From Octopus vulgaris (taxonomy: Eukaryota), in contig OX597814.1 of the NCBI GenBank assembly GCA_951406725.2, forward strand, positions 143,902,001-143,966,000: a stretch of 64,000 nt of DNA, written 5' to 3'. The notes under the pieces are model-generated. The model had not been told where the DNA came from. It made no database searches and was given only the letters and a program-made list of their open reading frames with translations. Position 1 is the first letter of the stretch, and every line of letters starts with the position of its first letter. A program made the position numbers and the translations under genes. This document shows positions 55,277 to 64,000 of this stretch, one piece after another.

Positions 55277-55504
55277 TGTTTCTTTATTGCCCACAAGGGG
55301 CTAAACACAGAGGGGACAAACAAGGACAGACAAAGGGATTAAGTCGATTATATCGACCCCAGTGCGTAACTGATACTTATTTAATCGTCCCCGAAAGGAT
55401 GAAAGGCAAAGTCGACCTCGGCGGAATTTGAACTCAGAACATAACGGCAGACGAAATACGGCTATGCATTTCGACCGGCGTGCTAACGATTCTGCCAGCT
55501 CGCC
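55277..55504 (-). mobile_element. Young SINE B with perfect 17-bp TSD
   Basis: gtgagtccgcatgtata at 55260-55276 and 55505-55521. Confidence 0.95.
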
Positions 55505-55803
55505 GTGAGTCCGCATGTATAGCACACACACGCACTCGGAAGGGTACCAACGCGGACTTACCTTAAAGGATGAAGCGAAGAAGAACAGCCGGAAATTCAT
55601 AAATTGTACCCGAGAAAAACGACACTGTAGTTAAGTAAGATTTGGATAAAAACTTTGTAGTATGCCATGCAAAGCTCGTCTGTAGTTATCGGCTAACTGA
55701 TGTCATCATATAGTGAGAATGCTCTTGATACTGTATGTAAATCAGGAATTCCATAGTATCTATAGAGTTCATATATATATATGTATATATATATATATCT
55801 ATA

Positions 55804-56225
<422 letters not shown>

Positions 56226-56246
56226 AAATAGAGTGAACGAAATTCT

Positions 56247-56387
56247 TTATTTAAAATAACTGCAATTGTTTCCACACTTCGTTATACTTGTAATACATTG
56301 GTGAGATGATACGATTAACATATTGTGCTATCATTATCTTCCATCAGATGTGTAAGATGTGTTTCTTCAGGTGATTATTTTAAATAA
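56247..56387 (-). ncRNA. Long-stem-II hammerhead-like motif (cleavage triplet mutated to GCA)
   Basis: UUAUUUAAAAUAAUCAC-CUGAAGA-A-ACAC...GUGU-G-GAAA-C-AAUU-GCA-GUUAUUUUAAAUAA. Confidence 0.65.
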
Positions 56388-56534
56388 GTCTTTCATTAGA
56401 ACATTCTGTCATCTTACTCTGCATCAGAATAATTACAAGTATTCATTCTCATAAAATACGCCTTTGGTGGATGATAGTCATTGCACGATATGCTAATTAT
56501 ATCATCTCACCAATGTACAACGGGTATATATATT

Positions 56535-56870
56535 TAAGGAAAAAGAAGAGAAGAAAATGGAGATTTGAAGTCAATATCCCTTACAGCTGTTTCAATTATA
56601 CACAGTGAAATTAATTAAATATTAAATTCATATTTCTGAGCAATATCTCGTTAGAAGGGAAAAAACATGCCCTTTGATGTTTTGTATGTTTGTTCGTAGA
56701 TTCATCACTGCTGTGATTATACTCAGTGATTATACTCAGAAATATGAATTCAATATTTAATTAATTTCACTGTGTATAATTGAAACAGCTGTAAAAGGAT
56801 AATGATCGATTTGTTGTTGATAATAATCTCTTATTAACCCCAAGATCTTCATATTCTTCTTCTTTCTTTA
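56535..56870. repeat. Foldback with GAAACAGCTGTA in both arms
   Basis: ttacagctgtttcaattatacacagtg...tttctgag is inverted at about 56735-56793. Confidence 0.85.
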
Positions 56871-56984
56871 CATGAATATAAACTACAGTTTATATACAAA
56901 CCTGTTATTTTAAGGAAAAACAGTCCCCCAAAAAATTTGGTATTGAGCCAGTATTTCTTTAGATGACACCATCCCTTCATGAAT

Positions 56985-57027
<43 letters not shown>

Positions 57028-57034
<7 letters not shown>

Positions 57035-57290
57035 ACCGACGAGACCATCAGATGTTGTTACACATCGCTGGTCACAATGCGTTCGCATTGTTTTAGCCTT
57101 CGAATGACGCCACCCCGCTGGCTAAGCGAGCAGGCCAACAGAAGAAAGATCACCAACCCTTGCCGGAGCCTCGTGTAGCTTCTAGGTGTTTTCGTTCAAT
57201 AAACACTCACAACGCCCGGTCTGGGAATCGAAACCGCGATCCTACGACCGCGAGTCCGCTGCCCTAACCACTGGGCCATTGCGCCTCCAC
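57028..57290 (-). mobile_element. SINE family C (internally deleted), with a further partial copy at 57395-57545
   Basis: Homologous to 18782-19085. Confidence 0.9.
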
Positions 57291-57294
57291 ATAC

Positions 57295-57357
<63 letters not shown>

Positions 57358-57741
57358 TGTGTGTGTGTGTATATGTATATATGTATGTATGTATCCCCGT
57401 GATCCTCGTAACCGACCAGTCTATCAGATGTTGCTACACATCACTGGTCACAATGCGCTTCGCATTGTTTTAGCCTTCAAATGACGCCACCCCGCGATTT
57501 CACTTGATTTCACCCGCGAATAGAAACCGCGATCCTACGACCGCAATATTAATAGCATTCAGTTAATTAATGTACATATCCATAATTTTCTGTTAAAATG
57601 TGTTATTGACGAATTTCATTTCTTCACTTCCTTGAAGAGAAGATTACATTGTTTTACACCATTTTATTCCTTAGAAATAATATCAGTGATATCTTCGAAA
57701 CATGTGTAAAAGAATTTGAATTACACCTGCGTTAAACTCCA

Positions 57742-57918
<177 letters not shown>

Positions 57919-59555
57919 GCGATCCAGAGATTCTCGTTACAGAAAACAGTAGTGCTCAAATGATTCGAATCTCCCTTAGACGAAATATTGCAGCTACAAG
58001 CGTTTAACAACATACGTACATCAAGTATGTAATACATATAATGTTTACATTACTGAGTTGCTTGTAACACAAAATTTGAATTTTATTCAGATTGTGCGGT
58101 GCTCTTGCACATCAGCAGATAGATTTTTATGCTATTTATACATAATTCTGTCTAGAAATTCGAATTCAGTTCGGTTGTGAGGCGAGAATGTGTAAGTGAG
58201 GGGGCATAAAATACTGCAAAATATCGATATATATCATTCTCGTTTACTTCCAGGACGGTTACATTACGCCTATCTATGAAGCATATTGTGTTTTTGACAT
58301 TATAGGGACTTTCTTTCGAAGAAATACCGCAGCAGCAATAAGCGTGTAACAACCATATACATTAAATATTTGATATTGGTAACGCTTATATATTTCCTTA
58401 TTATAAAGGAGCAAAGGCCAAATCAACATATGTATATGTATGTGCGTGATCCTGGGTGTATATGCATGTACATGTGTGTATGTGTGTGTGTTTGCGTGCA
58501 TGTGCTTGTGTGTGTGCGTGTGCATGCGTGTGTGTGCGTTCGCGCGCGCGTATGCGTGTGTTTGTGAGTGTAACGAAAAAAGTTTTTAATAGAAATACAG
58601 AAAACGTTAATTATGGTAGCTTACCTAATATAGATCCACAAATTTTAAACTTAAGCAAAGTTGTACTCATTAATACTTCCCATGATGGCTGTATATCAAC
58701 AAATCAGAGCAAGAGTCATTAGATATTTTTAATCTAAACATAGGCCAGATCTAAGAAAATAACAAAACAACCAAACAATATTCAGAAGAACATTGACGGA
58801 CGGTATGGACTTTAACGATCTCAGGGGACTTTCCGAGAAAGCCATGGACACTGGATGGTCCTCCAGATCCAGGAAAAGCAAAAATGAATAAATATAAGAA
58901 ATATAAAGCCTCAAATATTATGTAATATACGATGAAATTAAAGTGACGATGATGACTCAGAACGTCTTTGATGTTAAGTCTATTGTGTCATAGCTGCCTT
59001 GGCAATAAAGAATAACAACGGCTTATACATTTAGATCAGTTACAAGGGGAAGCAGGATGAAATTTACATAAAATTGTACAAAAAAGAAAGAAAGAGCAAG
59101 TCGTAGTCATAGCAGTGTTGTGAAGGTGTTCGCTTCGGAAGCAGATGGTTTCAGTTTCAATTACACTTCCTGGCACCTGTGGCGAGTGTCTTTCACTATA
59201 GCCCCGGAAGAAACAATGACTTGAGTCTGTATTTAGTTGATGGAAACTTTGCATAAATTCGGTATCAGTGTGTGTGGTGTGTGTGTGTGGGGGGGGATGA
59301 TCTTTGTGTCTATCTCGCACCGCTTGACAACCGATATTGGTTTGTTTACCTCCCCGTAAGTTAGCAGTTCGGCAAAAAGAGAATAGAATATGCACCACAC
59401 TTGAACAATATATATATATGTAAATTAATAATAGAAGGCTAAAATTTATTAATTAGATTAATTAATTAATAAATAAATTAATTAATCAATTGATTAACAA
59501 TTGTACCAAGTAGATTGGTACGTTAAAATTACCTTTATAGGTAAAATTACCCATA

Positions 59556-59708
59556 TAATTATAATTAGAGTTCAGCTAACTGCTTCTCCACATACCGAAA
59601 TTAGAAATAGGAGTTAAAAATCCCTTTCCTGCTACTAAAAGATTTTTAACTCCTATTTCTAATTTCGGCTTGTGGTGGAGCAGTTAGCTGAACCCTACTT
59701 ATAATTAT
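59556..59708. repeat. ~150-bp foldback next to TA microsatellite
   Basis: ccgaaattagaaataggagttaaaaatc pairs with gatttttaactcctatttctaatttcgg. Confidence 0.9.
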
Positions 59709-59713
59709 GTACA

Positions 59714-59749
<36 letters not shown>

Positions 59750-60026
59750 ATACAGGAGCGATTTGCTCAACTAAAATCCTTTTAAGGGGTGGTACTCTAG
59801 TATAATCGCAGTCAAATGACTGAAACGAGTAAAAGGATAGAAAAATAGAAGAATTGTGGAACAAAAACTACTGATCAGAATTGAGTCATTTGAAAATTTT
59901 CGTCTAAACATACGCCAGACATAGGTGACAAAATAATAATGTGTGTATGTATGCATGCATATGTATGTATATGTACATATATATATATATATACATGTAT
60001 ATATATATATATGCATATATATTTAT

Positions 60027-60090
<64 letters not shown>

Positions 60091-60186
60091 ATTTATATAC
60101 ATATATGTATATATATATATATGTGTGTGTGTATATACACATATATATATATGTGTATATATATGTGTATATATATATATGTGTGT

Positions 60187-60242
<56 letters not shown>

Positions 60243-60336
60243 GAAATTGAAAGCGGAAGCTCGCACCAAGCTGCGATTGCCGCTTGCAGTTATTATGCAG
60301 ACACACACGAGTAGTTAATTAAACGCTGGACCTGCC

Positions 60337-60367
<31 letters not shown>

Positions 60368-60399
60368 ATAGTAGTAGTAGGAGTAGTAGTTGTTGTTGC

Positions 60400-60436
<37 letters not shown>

Positions 60437-60719
60437 ATGCATGCAACCACACCAGGAGCAATAGCATCTGAAACGGATATCCCCACTATTTTTACCAGTG
60501 CAATACGGGAACAAAATAATTGTAGACGAAATAGAATAATGATATTAATGATGTTGGTGGTGATGATGATGATGAGGATGATGATGATGAGGATGATGAT
60601 GATGATGATGATGATGATGCTGATGATGATGATGATAAGGCTTTTGCTATAGACACAAAACCAGCAATTTGGAGAATGCGTGCTAGTAAATTGTATCGAC
60701 TGCAATAATATTATTATGA

Positions 60720-60873
<154 letters not shown>

Positions 60874-61853
60874 GTGTGAGTGAGAGAACAGCACACATCG
60901 TCAAGGCGACACTGGGGTTCAAATATCCGAAGCCCTGTATACCGATTATAACTACCCATCTGATAAGGGTACACTAGGCACATGCATCACAACCATGTGA
61001 GAGCGATATGGTGATCTTATAACAAGATAAACAGCACACGATCTTGCAGTTGGGGCCCATTTAGAATTTTCTTCAGGTCGAGTAGCCCATCCTAATCAAA
61101 AGGTCCTTGAATAAGAGTTGTTTACGGATGATGACCGAAGCACCCATGTTTTCAGAGGCGAATAATTAAACCCCCATAGAATCCCTCTGGATACATGACT
61201 ATGATACTCCCCCGCTACTCCTGCTGATGCCAAAAGATGCACATATCGTCAGCCACCAAGGAACATGCTCAACTGGTTAGGGTCAAGCAACTGACACACA
61301 AATGAGCGGTAGGGGCAAGAATATTTGCTGTATCCCATCTCTAACAGCAAGATAAAACATGTACATATTAACAATTCCAATCAGTTCCTAATGCTCAATA
61401 CTGTAGCTCCATATAGCAGAGTGGGGGACAAATATTTAATCTTATAAAATACTTGGTCAATCAAGCCATAATTTGAAGACTCAAAGTAGTAATTTGCAAC
61501 GTACGAGGACAACAAGTTTCTAATTCTCCCACCATTTCTATGTCAGTAATGGTAATATATACGTTGTATTACTCAAATATAGAAAATCTGGCCAGGATGA
61601 TCGCGAGGGAAGAACCACTGCCTGCATTTTACTATTGTGTACACCAGGGGTTCTCAACCATTTTTTATCTATTGACTCCTTTGGTTAATACTTTATTCTG
61701 ATGGATCTCCCAGAGTCATTCGATGCTTACCAGGTGGAAACTTCTTTCAAAATTCCTATTTTGTTATTCACACATTAACTTTTAAAGGTTGAACTCTAAA
61801 ATATTAAGTTTTTCTTTTGCTCCACCCCACAAAAACTACCACTGCAAGTTTGT

Positions 61854-61897
<44 letters not shown>

Positions 61898-61989
61898 GCA
61901 TTTGTCAGATCACTCTCAGTGCTACTGGTAACATGTAGCACCCAGTACGACCTATTGCATGGTCGGTCCGTCAGCGATTAAACCGGCAA

Positions 61990-62940
61990 TCCTACAAAGC
62001 CTCTTTGGTAACGTAGGTGCTTTTTGCTGGACATCCTGGAGGACGAGAAACAAAACCTGTCCAAGGACGAATAAACTCCACAAAGTTGTCGACCATCCGA
62101 CTGCGGGCAGTGAAGGACTTCTGACCACTGGGAGTGAGGGACTTTTGTCAATAGGGAACTACTAAACCCCATTTGAATCTGCTGTTAAGCAGGGCGGAGT
62201 TCCTACATTGTTCGCCATCTTCTTTGCTAGCGTTATCATGCAAACCTTTACGCATAGCAATGCTGGTATCTACACCCTTTACAGTACAACAGGAAAACTT
62301 TTCAACATCCCTCGTTTACTGGAGTATCAATAACTTTTATAACTGTCATTCGTGATCTCCTTTAAGCTGATGATTGCGATCTTGTAACCTACCTTGCGAA
62401 AGATCTGTAGCTTTTGATGGACTGCTTTTCAGCCGAGTGTGATGAATTTGGATATGCAATCGGTCTTAAGAACACTGTAGTCATGTTACAACAAGCATCA
62501 GACAAACCATGTATCCCCACTCTACATTATCTAGAGTAAAATGTTAAAAGTTATAGATACCTTTGTCTATCTTGGTAGTACTCAATCTGGGTTTAATACA
62601 CTTAACGAGGAGGTCAGTTATAGACTTTCACAGGTCAGTGGTACATTTGTACATTTATAAAGCATGAATCGAGAATCTAACCGCAATCAGATATCAAGGT
62701 GGTAACAAAATTTGAGGTTTGCCAAGCATGTGTCTTAACAATGTTGTTGTATGGATGCGAGACTTGGACAACCTACCGTAGGCATATCCAACGTTTCAAG
62801 CGATTCCACTAGCGATGCTTGCGTAATATCCCGAAGATATGATGGTGATCTCATGTACCTTACATAAGGGTTTTGCAGCAGGCAAAAATGACAAGTATTG
62901 AATACACGTTTAGTAAATACCAACTTAGAAAGTCTGGCCA
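61990..62940 (+). mobile_element. RTE/BovB-type LINE RT relic
   Basis: GKLFNIPRL, ADDCDL, FVYLGS and VLTMLLYGCETWTTYRRHIQR motifs with stops and frameshifts. Confidence 0.85.
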
Positions 62941-63049
62941 TAAAGATTGTCTGTTTAGAGGATATCTGCATACCAAAACAGGTGAACATTCACTTATTTC
63001 AAATACAGTTGTAGACCTACAATTGCTCCTAGATAGGGAATATATAATT

Positions 63050-63312
63050 TTCTACATTATTTACATCTGGCGGATATTTGTCCTCATCTTGTTTGTTGTT
63101 AACGCAATGTTTCGGTTGATATATCCTCCAGCCTTCATATGATGTCTTGGAGAAATTTTGAACCTGGGTTCTTATTCCTAACGTATTTTTCGATGTTGTT
63201 GTTGTTATTATTATTATTATCATTATTATTATTACTATCATTATTATTATTATTATTATGGTCACTGCCTGGAATTGAACTCGGAATCTTGGGGTTAGTA
63301 GCCCGCGCTCTT
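63050..63312 (-). mobile_element. Third family E copy (head truncated, HHR degenerate)
   Basis: Homologous to 11150-11441. Confidence 0.85.
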
Positions 63313-63432
63313 AGAAGAAAGTTACTCATATAGTGAACGTAGCATGCTGGCACAGAAAGAATACAAGAAAAGAGATGACAACCTAGGGAGAGTGATCCAC
63401 TGAGAGTTATGTAGAGAGCTAGAAGATGAACC

Positions 63433-63492
<60 letters not shown>

Positions 63493-63530
63493 TTGATAGA
63501 CAGGCAGATATATATGTATATATATATGTA

Positions 63531-63561
<31 letters not shown>

Positions 63562-63573
63562 TCTTTTTTTTTT

Positions 63574-63862
63574 GACCGACCAGGCTATCAGATGTTGCTA
63601 CACATCGCTGGTCACAATGCGCTTCGCATTGTTTTAGCCTTCAAATGACGCCACCCCGCTGGCTAAGCGACCAGGCCAACAGAAGAAAGAGTGGGAGAAA
63701 GTTGTAGCGTAAGAGTACAGAAGGGATACCCCCCCTGTCGGATCCTCATGGAGCTTTAGGTGTTTTCGCTCAATAAACACTCACAACGCCCGGTCTGGGA
63801 ATCGAAATCGCGATCCTACGACCGCGAGTCCGCTGCCCTAACCACTGAGCCGTTGCGCCTCT
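63574..63862 (-). mobile_element. SINE family C
   Basis: Homologous to 18782-19085. Confidence 0.9.
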
Positions 63863-64000
63863 ACACACACGCACACACACACACACACACACATATATAT
63901 AATATATATATATATATATATAAATAATTTAATAAATAAAATATATGCATACGTACATACATATATGTACGTACATACATCTACATGTATATATACATGC

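Noticed and set aside
60885-61390. 500-bp non-simple sequence after a long (ATT)n as a retroelement 3' end
   Set aside because: Plausible, but there is a single copy in the window and no motif could be translated, so it is left unassigned

Overview
AT-rich, microsatellite-saturated eukaryotic non-coding DNA. The repeat types suggest an octopus or other coleoid cephalopod (inference). No intact host gene could be supported: nearly all listed ORFs are simple-repeat artefacts or decayed transposon fragments. Identified content: four tRNA-headed SINE families (about 40 copies), R4/Dong-type, RTE and CR1-type LINE relics, Tc1, mariner and maT (DD37D) transposase relics, a Helentron-type element and several MITEs. 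The most notable signal is a set of type I hammerhead-ribozyme (HHR) motifs in short non-coding elements beside microsatellites. These include (i) a tRNA-promoter SINE ending in a minimal Penelope-type HHR, with an inverted tail copy and a probable TSD (11123-11497); (ii) a ~200-bp family with a minimal HHR (30966-31168, 55921-56126); (iii) HHRs with a very long stem II, one with an intact catalytic core (30640-30770); and (iv) inverted HHR-like dimers with a GUGAUGA core (28.8 kb and 31.3-31.7 kb). Together they suggest a diverse set of retrozyme-like, Penelope-mobilised elements. All folds were read by eye and none was computed.
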